Source: Felis catus (lineage: Eukaryota). From it: a stretch of DNA of 64,000 nucleotides. Location of the stretch: contig NC_058368.1 in the NCBI RefSeq assembly GCF_018350175.1, forward strand, positions 27,468,001 to 27,532,000, in the 5' to 3' direction. Both the position numbers and the translations under genes were made by a program. Within the stretch, counting starts at the first letter, position 1, and each line of letters begins with the position of its first letter. Of the stretch, positions 50,172 to 61,700 are shown one piece after another. The notes under the pieces are model-generated. The model was not told the DNA's origin. It saw only the letters and a program-made list of their open reading frames with translations, and did no database searches.

Positions 50172-50220
50172 CCTCTCCCACTCACACGCTGTCTCTCAAA
50201 AATAAATAAACATTAAAAAC
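49995..50220 (+). mobile_element. Can-SINE inside L1 with an expanded (CT)n
   Basis: SINEC body. TSD aagaagttaaact at 49982-94 and 50221-33. Confidence 0.94.
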
Positions 50221-50502
50221 AAGAAGTTAAACTGTCACTATTTGCAGATGACATGATAGTATACATAGAAAACCCTAAAGATTCCACCAAAAAAAACGTG
50301 TTAAAAGTGATAAATGAATTCAGTAAAGTTGCAGGACACAAAATTAATGTGGATAAATCTGTTGCATCTCTATACACTAATAATAAAGCAGCAGAAAAAA
50401 ATTAACAATCCCATTTACAACTGCACCAACAATAACATACTTAGGAATAAACTTAACCAAAGAGGTAAAAGATCTGTGCTCTGAAAACTATAAAACATCT
50501 AT

Positions 50503-50675
50503 GTAAGTTTATTTATTTTTGTCAGGGGTTAGAGAGAGGGAGAGAGAGAATTCCAAACAGTCTCTGCACTGTCGGTGTAGAGCTGAACGCAGGGCTTGAA
50601 CTCACAAGCTGCGAGATCGTGGCCTTAGCCGAAATCAAGAGTCCGACGCTTAACTGACTAGCCACCCAGGAGCCA
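50503..50675 (-). mobile_element. Can-SINE inside L1
   Basis: tttatttatttttg...gaaatcaagagtccgacgcttaactgactagccacccagg. Confidence 0.9.
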
Positions 50676-53600
50676 CTGAAAACCCTTAAACATTTATGAA
50701 AGAAAATGAAGACGACACAAAGAGATGGAAAGTCATTGCATGCATATGGATTGGAAGAACATTGTTAAAATGTCCACACTCCCCAAAGCAATCTACAGAT
50801 TTAATGCAATCCCTATCAAAATACCAACAACATTTTTCACAGAACTAGAGCAAACACTCCTAAAATTTTATGGCACCACAAAAGACCTCAAATAGCCCAA
50901 ACAGTCTTGAAAAAGAAAACAAACAAACAAACCTGGAGGCATCACAATTCCAGATTTCAAGTTATACTACAAAGCTGTAGTAATCAAGACAGTATGGCAC
51001 TGGCATGAAAATAGGCACACAGATCAATGGAATAGAATAGAAACCCCACAAATAAACCTATGCTTATATGGTCAATCTATGACAAATGACGAAAGAATAT
51101 GCAAAATAAGCAATGGGGAAGAGATAGACTCTTCAACAAATGGTGCTGGGAGAACTGGACAAACACATGGAAAAGAATGAAACTGGGCTCCCAGCTTACA
51201 CCATACACAAAGATAAATTCAAAATGAATTAAGTACCTAGATATAAGACCTGAAACTATGAAAATCCTAGAAGAGGACACAGGCAGTAATTTCTCCAACA
51301 TTAGTCATAGCAATTTCTTTTTAAATATATTTCCTGAGGCAAGGGAAATAAAAACAAAAATAAACTACTGGGACATCAAAATAAAAATCTTCTGCATGGC
51401 GAAGAAAATGACCAAAAAAAAATGGAAGACAACCTATTGAATAAGAGAAGATATATGCGAATGACATCTCTGATAAAGGGTTAGTATCCAAAAAATAGAA
51501 AGAATGTATACAACGCAGTGCCCAAAAAACAAATAATCCAACTAAAAAAATGGGCAGAAAACATGAAGACAAAAGAAGAAATATAGATGGCCAACAGACC
51601 TATGAAAAGATGTTCAACATCACTGATCATCGGGGAAATGTAAATCAAAACTACAATGCGTTATCACCTCACACCTGTTATAATGGTTAAAATCCAAAAA
51701 AGAAGAAATAACAAATGTTGAAAAGGATGTGGAGAAATAGAAGTCCTTGTGCACTGTTGGTGGGAATGCAAACTGGTGCAGCCACTCTGGAAAACAGTAT
51801 GGAAGTTCCTCAAAAAGTTAAAAATGAAAATAAAATAAAGTTAAAAATAGAACTACCATCCAATCCATTAATTCACTACTGGCATTTACCCCCCAAATAC
51901 AAAAATCCTAGTTCAAAGGGATACATGCACCCCTATATTTACGGCAGAATTATTTATAATGGCTAAACTATGAAGCAGCCCAAGTATCCATCAACAGATG
52001 AACAGATAAAGAAGGTATGATATATATATAATATATAATATATATAATTGGATATTATTCAGCCATAAAACAGAGTGAAATCTTGCCATTTGCAACAATA
52101 TGAATAGAGCCAGAGAGTATAATGCTAAGCAAAATAAATCAGAGAAAGACAAATACCATATGATTTCATTCATATATGGAATTTAAGAAACACAACCCAT
52201 GAGCAAAAGAAAACAAAAGAGAGAGAGAAAGAGAGACAAACCAAGAAACAGACTCTTAACTATAAAGAATAAACTGATGCTTGCCAGAGGGGAGGTAGGG
52301 TGGGTGGGTAAAAAACGTGCTGGGGGTTAAGAGTACAGTTACCATGAGGAGCACTGAGTAACGTGTAGAAGAGTTGAATCACTATGTTGTACACCTGAAA
52401 CTAATATAACACTGCATGTTAACTATACTAGAATGAAAATTTTTTAATTAATTGTTTTAAAAAAGAACTCTACTTTGTAAGATTATAGCTGCCATGAACA
52501 GTGATTCTTCTGGTGGATCTGGGCAAAGTAAATTGAAAACCTCCTGGAAAGGATTCACTATTAAGGACATTCGTGATCCGTGGGAAAAGGTCAAAATACC
52601 AACGTTAACAAGAGTTTGGAAGAAGTTCTCCCAGCCCTCAAGGATGTCTTTAAAGGGGTTCAAGACTTCAGAGGACAAAGCGGGTGCAGATGTGGTGGCA
52701 AAAGCAAGAGAGTGTTAGGAGTGGAGCCTGAAGACATGACCGCATTGCTACCGTCTCAAGATGACACGAGCGAATGAAGAAAGAGTTGCCTCTTATGGAT
52801 GAGCAAAGAAAATGGTTTTCTTAAGATGGGCCCTACACCCTGTGAAGATGCTCTAAAGATTGCTGAAATGACAACAAAGGATTTAGAATATTACATAAAC
52901 TTAGTCGATAAAGCTGTGGCAGGGTTTGAGAAGACGGGTTCCCATTGTGAAAGAACTCCTAGTGTGGATATCAGACGGCGTTGCTTGCTGCAGAGAAATC
53001 GTTCACGAAAGGAAGAGTCAATCGACGTGATCAACTTCCTGGTCTCATTTCAAGAAATTGCCATAGCCATCCCAACCTTCTGCAACAAGCACCCTTATCA
53101 GTCAGCAGCCGTTGATATCAGGCAAGACTGTCAACCAGCAAAAAAATTATGACTCGCTGAAAGCTCACATGATGGTTAGCAAATTTTAGCAATAAAATAT
53201 TTTTAACTAAGGTATGTGTATTGTTGTTTAAACACAATGCTATTGCCCACTTAGTCTACAGTATAGTGCATACACCACTTTTATATGCACGGGGAAACCA
53301 AAACATTCATTGGACTCACTTGATCGTGATATTCACTTTATTACAGTGGTCTGGAGCCTGACCCACAGTTATCCCTAAGACCTGCCTGTGCTTTTAGGGG
53401 TAGCACACCAAACAGGAACATTTCAGAGTTAAACAGATTCTAGTGAATTATATATTAGATCACTAGAAATATTGTGCCTGTATTTCCACCACCTCACAAT
53501 CTCTTCTTATGTTTTCAATTTTCATTTCTGGGCTTCAAACATTTGGAAATATCTCGTGTTCTGTCAGAGAATGTTCAGGTTGTGCTAGGGTGGAGTCCCG

Positions 53601-54019
53601 GCCCCAACATTCACTGGACCTTTGATTAAGGCATGTAACTTAACCACGGTGAAGCATGGTCCCAGATTCATGATACAGTAATGTTAAAGCCTACTTCATA
53701 AGGTTGCTTGTGATTAAATAAGATAGCATGCATACAGCACCTAACACTGAGGCAGGCCAACTGAAGGCATTGGTTTCTTCAAAAATAGTACTTTAGATAC
53801 ACCATTCCAACCAAGCAAAGTAGGCAAGCCCTTTTTCTTGCTACCCTGTCCTTTGGGAAAAACAGTCAGTGTTTCTAAGCCAACAAGTGTTTGTTCCTAA
53901 ATGTCAGAATAAAATAAAGACAAGCATCATCCCCACAAATAGTCCATTATATATGCGCAAGTATAAGACTGACATAAGCAAAATAATTCTAATTCTCTAA
54001 CCTGCAAAGACCTCTATAA

Positions 54020-54220
54020 CTTTTGTTCGTTTATTTTTGAGAGAGAGAAAAAGACAGAGTGTGGGCAGGGGAGGAGGAGGGGCAGAGAGAGGGCTCCAGG
54101 AGGGGCAGAGAGGGGGCTATCAGCACAGAGCCTGACGCGGGGCTCAAACTCACAAACTGTAAGATCATGACCCGAGCTGAATGAAGTTGGACGCTTAACC
54201 AACTGAGCCACCTAGGCGCG
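54020..54220 (-). mobile_element. Can-SINE
   Basis: Reverse SINEC body ending aactgagccacctaggcgcg. Confidence 0.9.
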
Positions 54221-57200
54221 ACGAGACTTTCGTAACTCTTACAGGCCAATGGGCAGTCACAGTCACAGTGACCCTTAGCACAAAGAAAATGTAGAGCAGG
54301 AATTCTTTATTGCAGCTGCTTTTTTACTTATTTGGGATATTTCCAGGAAACAGTAATCAGGGTCAAATACATTCAACTGTGAAGAAACTAAAGCACTCTG
54401 GGCAAGTGCCATTTTGAATGATGGTCAACTAGGTATACAGTATACAAGGATTAAATGAAGTATTAATTATGTTTTTTTTTAACCCAGCAGAAGCATTATC
54501 AGGAAAAATTATGGGTGTAGCTGAAGCATGCAATAGTATTATTTTAGAGAACCTCCACATGTATTATGGTTGCTGAAAGTATCAAAGTAAATGACTCCAG
54601 TAAACCTACTAATTACAGACTGGTTGTTAATAAAATCAGCCGTTCTGGTCTAAGATTTTAACGGTCTGCTCTCAGAACTGTATAGACCCTCAAACAATAA
54701 AGCTCAGATGTTTATACTACACATTTTGCCTCGTATATAATTTATCAGTACAGGGTTATGTAATGGAATGTTCTTCCTTCTTGGGAAAAACAGACTTATA
54801 AAAATAAATTGCAGACATTTTACAGTAGAAAATGGTACTTTTCTACACAAAGCAAAAAAGTGGTTAATGTACAATAGAAAGTGCATTGCATGTAATGAAA
54901 TGCATTTTTTTTTGTCTAGCAAATATATTTATTGTGTGTTGAAAATTGTAATATCTTCCCCGGCACAAAGAAATTTCTATTATAAAGTCCATTTGCTATT
55001 GTAGGGAACGAAACCCTTTTTCTTGTTTACTAAAGTCGTCTATCTTAATATCAGCCCACAACACTGTCAAGTTCACTTAAGAAGAGCTATGTGTAGATAA
55101 GAATAGGGCTGAATCAGAAACCAGAATATTCCATCTCATCTGCGTTTCATAGCTGAGCAAGTGCTGTGTAATCCACTACATCTGGTAGCAATCTCTTCTT
55201 GGAAAGCTTTCTTCTTTTCAGAAGAAAAAGCTAAAAATTGGTCAATTTGAAGCTCTCATCAATAAATAAATCTTTTGCCTTTGAATATGTTTATGCATAA
55301 GTGAGGATTTGTTTCTCTAGTATTTTTGAGCTAGAATGTGAAGTATGGGCTGGAAAATCAAACACTGTCTTCAGGTGGAGATAATGTATGAAAACCATTG
55401 TGGGCCGTTTATTAAATAGACATTGATTGTTACATCAAATCAACATGTCATGCATCATTTTTATGACTTACCATCATAGTAAATCAAGTTTCACACAGGA
55501 AGTGCTATGAATTCTTAGGATATTTGTCAATTTCTAACCCGAGCAAGGACGGAATAAGGTTTTGCACCTCATTATCTGTTCCTTGAGCAGATAAAGGTAA
55601 CTTTGGTTCAAAGCATGCCAAAGAAAAGGCTTTGGGCTGCTGGGTCTGGTAACTATAGGTAGCAAAGGAAAGACAATGAAATCTGTGCCACTCTGTAGTC
55701 AAGTATTTTGTATTGCTGCTTACTCTTAGGGGCTGGCAAATGAGGCTTCCAGACTTTTGGTCATGGAAGGGGTAGGTCACCTGGTCGTAGACACAGTATA
55801 GTGAGGTATTCAAGAGCACTTTTTTTCTGGAATCCGCCCCAGTGAGTAATCATAGTGACTCAATCTCTGAAATAGGGATAATAGTAACACCTATCTCATA
55901 GAGTCTTTTTGTAATTGTATCCATTGACTAGGTCTTACTAGGTCACCTAAGATTATAAAACTCTTCTAGCAAAAGTTTTCAAACTCAGAGCCTCACACAG
56001 GCCACTGCCAGTCGAAAAATATTTCCTTTTAGAGGTTACCACTGACATATCCAATAGAACCAGCTTCCTGGGTCCTCTCTGGAATAACAAATATTTTAAT
56101 ACACTGTAACAGGAAATCCCCCATGGTCCCAAGAGCCCGGTGGACTGTGCAGAACTAGAACCTAGACTTCCAGAGGACTGCAGATTCCCATGGCCTCCCT
56201 GGGAGATTTCAGGCTCTCGTGAAATGAATGAATAACCAGTAAAGTTCCTAACTCAAACCAGGCCTCTTGGAAGAGAGCCTTGGCAAAGACGAACCTGGTG
56301 TGTTTTCTCAAATATAAAGTATTTCAGAGGAAATAGAACATTCCACTCTTGAGACATAGAAAGGACAAGATATCTTGTCCCCAATCTTCTATCTCCAATA
56401 AGGATGGGACATCTTGGTGGGAAAACCAAAGAGAAAATCTATCTTGTGCTACTCTGTTTCATGGATTACAGGAGGGCAGCAAAATGGGCGTATTGCCCAT
56501 ATTTCCCTACCATCCAGGTTTAAAGAAGGACATAGGCGGAGAAGGCGCGAGAAACTGCTCATAACTGCCGTTTGGAATTTTTCAAATCTGGACGTGTAGA
56601 AACACCTGCTTTGTTTTTATAACCCTTTGACTCCTATTTCATATTTCCTTCTTTTACCATCGGGCTTTGCCCCATGAGTATTCGTCTCACTGTCTCACTG
56701 ATTTATCAGATCAAGTGCAGTGGTATTTTTTAATAAACTGGGAAGAACACTTATCCCATGCATATATACATGCCCTAATGCACACGTGTACAGATATGTA
56801 TATATTCATATACATGCACACTAATGAAAATTTGTGTACACACACAATGTAAATGTACACGCAGGTAGCCACATTTACGCACGTTCGCTTCACTGACACT
56901 CAAACACCTCTGCTTTTGGCAATCATTTTTTCCCCTCAGGTTCTTTCCTCTCTTCCTTCTATATCAATCAGCTATTCACTCTTCAACTATGACAAGTAAG
57001 AGAAGATGCCACTCAACCCTGTAGGTAATAAACATAGGGAACTTCCTTTGAAAAGAGAATACTGGCAAGAAATGTAGGTAGATTTGAAAATATTTCAAAT
57101 AAATTTATAAAGGAGCCAGAAAAGGCAAAGAAACTGAGACAGCTAGCCCATGAGGACATCAGGAAGCCCTGTTCTGGGAGATTCCAATACTTTCACAGAC

Positions 57201-57239
57201 ATAATCCCAAGGAGATGGAGTTTATTAACAGGCCCCATT

Positions 57240-57670
57240 TAATGGCCAATCTGTACTCACACCTCTTTCCCTGTAACTATGTAATCGCCTCTCACTCTAC
57301 CTCTAGACTTGGTCATTTGCCCTGCTTTGGCAAAGAGATGTTGGCAGAGGCTCAACAAGCACGTGCCTGTTTCTATGCCCCCTTGCATGACTGGGTTTGG
57401 ACACTCTTGCACTATGACACAGCTATGAGAACACAGTTGGACTAGCCCATGGGAGGATGAGCTGTTTAGCAAAGGGGGCAAGCCAAGGCCATCCTAGATT
57501 AGCTGAAAGCCAGCTAATGGTCCAACAGAACATATCAAAGACAAGAACTGCAATTCATCTTCAGTTGCTCATCCGTAGACTTGAGTTAAATCAGTGGTTG
57601 TGTTAAGCTACCGAGTTTTGGGGGTTGACTTGTTATATAGCATTATTTGCAGCAACAGATAACTGACACA
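57240..57670 (+). mobile_element. MaLR (MLT1-type) LTR
   Basis: MLT1-like motifs: cttggtcatttgccctgctttggc, and the 3' end gttaagctaccgagttttggggg...ttgttatatagca...gataactgacaca. Confidence 0.8.
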
Positions 57671-58735
57671 GAGATTATTTAGAATCAGGGTACCGTTATA
57701 ACCAAGACTAAAAAATGTGGCCCTGGCTTTGAGAGTAGGCAGTGGACAGAGGCTAGAAAAGCAGTAAGAAAACTGCTCCAAAAAGATGCAAAGATGACGT
57801 GGGTTATGAAGCAGCAGAGAAGAAAAATGGTAAAAACCACCACCACAGGTGATCCTTCAGAAGACAAAATATATTAAGGACATTCGGGATTTAAGCAGTA
57901 ACATTTCCAGGCAGAATGTTCAAAGTATCAGTGGCTCTTACTATCCATATATCGATAAGGTTCTACAACAAAGAGAAGGGTTAGAGAAATAAGTAACAGT
58001 GTTTAAGCATATTTAGAGGGACCATAACGAGACAGAACTTCTTGGCTGGAAAATAAAATTGTTTCTCACCTCTAGCCTTCCAGTTAGCAAAAAATTCTCA
58101 AAGTAAAATAAATCCTGGGGCAAGTATCTAATTAAATATTTATCTTTAAGGCTTTTTATTACAACCCCTGAAGGAAATAAAGAAGAACCTAGCAGATCCT
58201 GTAAGCTAGACAAAAGGGCTGCTACAAATCTAAAGAGTACTGCCCCACAGCAACCTGACTTGTCCACATAAGTGATTAAGTTTTGAGAGAGATAGAGCTC
58301 TAACCATATTGTAGGTGTTGCTTTTGGTTCATCAGATTTATAAGAAACCCACAACAAATATTGAGGGTACTGTATTGCCAAAAGCCTCACCAATTTGTAT
58401 TAAAAGAAACTGAGACTGTCCAAAATGTCAAGAAAACCTCTGAGCTTTCCATTTCCGCAAGTAGGAAGCAGACTGAGAACACCATTCAAAGCACACAGAA
58501 AGAGCTAAGCATGGCAGAAAAGTAAAGATACCTCAGATGGTACAGCACAGAGCTACAGAAAACAACGGATTGGACGGTCACTCTCAGGGAGAACTAAGGC
58601 CTAAGCAAGGAACATTCCACTCCTCTGAATTGCTGGTCCTGGTGGCATTTGCAAGGCCAGACGTGAGTTGCTATAAACTAGTGCCTCTTATGTGGTTTCC
58701 ATTCTTCTTCTTTTTAAATGAGATAATGTACTACC
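57671..58735 (+). mobile_element. MaLR internal (MLT-int) sequence, degraded
   Basis: Directly follows the LTR 3' end with taaaaaatgtggccctggctttg...ggcagtggacagaggctagaa, typical of the MLT internal 5' region. Confidence 0.65.
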
Positions 58736-58736
58736 C

Positions 58737-61700
58737 ACAGTGCAGAGAGGTGAACGGGGGGAGAGAAAAACCAGAAGAAATCTGTTCCCCAAACTTACTG
58801 ACAGGAGAAAGAGCAGAGTTTCAATACAGCAGAGTCTGAAGGTTCAGAGCTCAGTACCTGGCGGTGCTCTGGTGGGGAAGTAGGGCAAATCCTCAGGATC
58901 GGGAAAGGCTATCTGAAGAGTCCGTGTGCCACACAGGGAGAGTGGTTCCCCTGCTTGAAGTGCGGTTGGTAGAGGCCATATGGCTTCCCTGTGGGCCAAG
59001 GTCCTAGTGGACCTTGGAGAGCAGCCATGTTTGCTAGTATTGGGACAAAGACACCAGAGTGCAGTGAACCCTGGCACTAACTGTGTACTGTGATTTGCCA
59101 TAAACTCTGAACCTCTGCCATCGCATGATCACGTGAACGTATCCAGGGCAAGCTGGCACCTGGCCATTGCTCAGCAAGACCCTCTCCCAGAGAGGTGGCA
59201 TGGGTTCAAGCTGCAAGGGTCTATGAAGTGTGGGGTTTTGAAACATAATCCCATCTGAGATAAAACTCTGGAGGGAGGCACCACCTGGCAGGCAGACAGC
59301 TTGGACATGGACAGAGTAGAGCTGGGGAGTGGAGAGAGGCCTGAGACAAAGTAGGGATGCTTGATTGTGGGTCGGCAAGAGGGCAAAGGTCCCGCACCAG
59401 AGACTAGGGAGCTAGGTGAGGCCATTTTCACCATTACCATGCATGCACTGAGCGTGCATATGTGGGCGTGCGTGTGCACATGTGCACACGCATACACACC
59501 CATCCCAGTAAGCTTAGCAGTGCCACCAAATGGAGAATGGAGCCATTACACAAAGCCCCGCCCAACTACACCCTCCAGGCACGTTCCCCAGAAGACCAGC
59601 ACAAATCCCTCCACCTGCTTAGTCTAAGGACAACAGTGTTTCAAAGTTTCAGTTCTAGAGGAAACTGGATGTAACTTCACTGGGGCTTCTGTGTTTGCTG
59701 GATCCTTTATTTGTTCGTTTCCTTGGCTTCTGTTTTTGCTTACATTGTTTTCTTCCTTTTTTCTTTCTTTTTCTCTTTCTTGAATAGAGAAAGAGCAAAT
59801 TTCTTTTTATTTTTTTTATTTTTAAATTTTTAATTCAATTTTCTTTTCTTTTTTTTATTCTATTTTACTATTAATTTTTTTAATTTTTCAACTTCTTTAA
59901 CCTTTTTTATTCTTCCCTTTCTCTTTTTTCTCTATTGCATCAAGATAGGCTTCTTTCAACAAGCAGACTAATCCAGCTTCCTTTATTTGGTTTTATTTTG
60001 TTTTCTTTTTAACTTTTTAATTTTTATTTTTTATTATTTTTTTTCTTCCTCCAAAATGACAAGACAGAAGATAACTCAGACTTAGAGAACTCAGTGACTT
60101 ATTGAAAAGGAATAATATTCGTATCATAGGAGTCCCAAAAGATGAAGAGAGAGAAAAAGGAGCAGAAGGTTTATGTGAGCAAATTATAGTTGAAAACTTT
60201 GCTAACCTGAGGAAGGACACAGACATCAAAATCTAAGAAGTACAGAGAACTCACATTAGACTCAACAAAAACTGACCATCACCAAGGAATATCATAGTCA
60301 AATTCACAAAATACACAGACAAGGAAAAAATTATGAAATCAGCAAGGGGAAAAAGTCCTTAACCTATAAGGAAAGACAGATCAGGTTCACAGCAGATCTG
60401 TCCACAGAAACTTGGCAGGCCACAAGGGAGTGGCAGGATATATTCAATGTGCTGAACTGGAAGAATACGCAGCCTAAAATTCTTTATCCAGCAAGGCTAT
60501 CATTCAAAGTAGAATGAAAGATAAAGAGTTTCCCAGACAAACAAAAACTAAAGGAGTTTGTGACCACTAAACCAGCCCTGCAAGAAATTTTAAGAGGGAC
60601 TCTTTGAGTGGAGAAAAAACAAAAAGACAAAAGCAACAAAGCATAGAAAGGACCAGAGAACATCACCAGAAACACCAAGTGTATAGGCCACACAATGGCA
60701 CTAAATTCATCTTTTAATAATCACTCTAAATGTAAATGGACTAAATGCTCCAATCAAAAGACATAGGGTATAAGAATGGATAAGAAACAAGACCTATATA
60801 TCTGCTGCTTACAAGAGACTCATTTGAGACCTAAAGACACCTGCAGATTGAAATTAAGGGGATGGAGAACCATCTATCATGCTAGTGAATGCCAAAAGAA
60901 AGCCAGAGTAGTCATACTTTTATCAGACAAACTAGATTTTAAAACAAAGACTGTAACAAGAGATGAAGATGAGCATTATATCATAATTAAGAGGTCTATA
61001 CACCAAGAAGATCTAACATTGTAAATATTTATGCCCCCAACTTGGAAAAATATATATATAAATCAATTAATCACAAACATAAAGAAATTTAAAACAATAT
61101 CATAATAATAGGGGATTTCAACATCCCACATACAGAAATGGACAGATCTAAGCAGAAAATCAACAAGGAAACAATGGCTTTGAATGACACACTGGACTGG
61201 ATGGACCTGACAGCTATACACAGAATATTTCATCCTAAAGCAGAATATGCATTCTTCTCAAGTGCACATGGAACATTCTCCAGAATAGATCACATCCTGG
61301 GTCACAAATCAACCCTCAACAAATACAAAAAGACTGATATCATACTATGTATATTTTCAGACCACAACGCTATGAAACCTGAAATCAACTACAAGAAAAA
61401 ATTTGGAAAGACCACAAATACTTGGAGATTAAAGAACATCCGACTAAAGAATAAATGGATTAACCAAGAAATTAAAGAGGAAATTAAAAAGTACATGGAA
61501 ACAAATGAAAATGAAAACACAACAGTCCAAAACCTCTGGGAAGCAGCAAAGGCAGTCATAAGAGGGAAATGTGTAGTAATCCAGACCTTCCTAAAGAAGG
61601 AAGAAATGTCTTAGGTACACAACCTAACCTTATACCTAAAGGTACTGGAAAACAAATAGCAAATAAAGCCCAAAGTCATCAGAACAAGAGAAACAAAAAA

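Larger units (their letters stand above)
48871..52462 (+). mobile_element. 5'-truncated L1 (ORF2 RT to 3' UTR) inserted in Tigger1
   Basis: RT fragment ...[19 protein letters not shown] (49309-49497), tttgcagatgacatg (FADD) at ~50240, and a 3' UTR. Degenerate 16-bp TSD aagaaatatacttcat (48855-70) / aagaactctactttgt (52463-78). Confidence 0.93.
47243..53388 (+). mobile_element. Tigger1 DNA transposon (pogo/TcMar), near full length, decayed transposase, interrupted by a SINE and an L1
   Basis: Starts TA|ctggcatacctc...ttattgtgcttcgc and ends ...acctgcctg|tg (TIR-like ends). Transposase fragments are SLHLNQKLE (47534-47746), [50 protein letters not shown] (48333-48698) and SGQSKLKTSWKGFTI (52494-). 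Confidence 0.93.

Noticed and set aside
56757..56885. Alternating purine-pyrimidine tract suggesting Z-DNA (also 59440-59500)
   Set aside because: Degenerate, interrupted and AT-rich; a decayed simple repeat.
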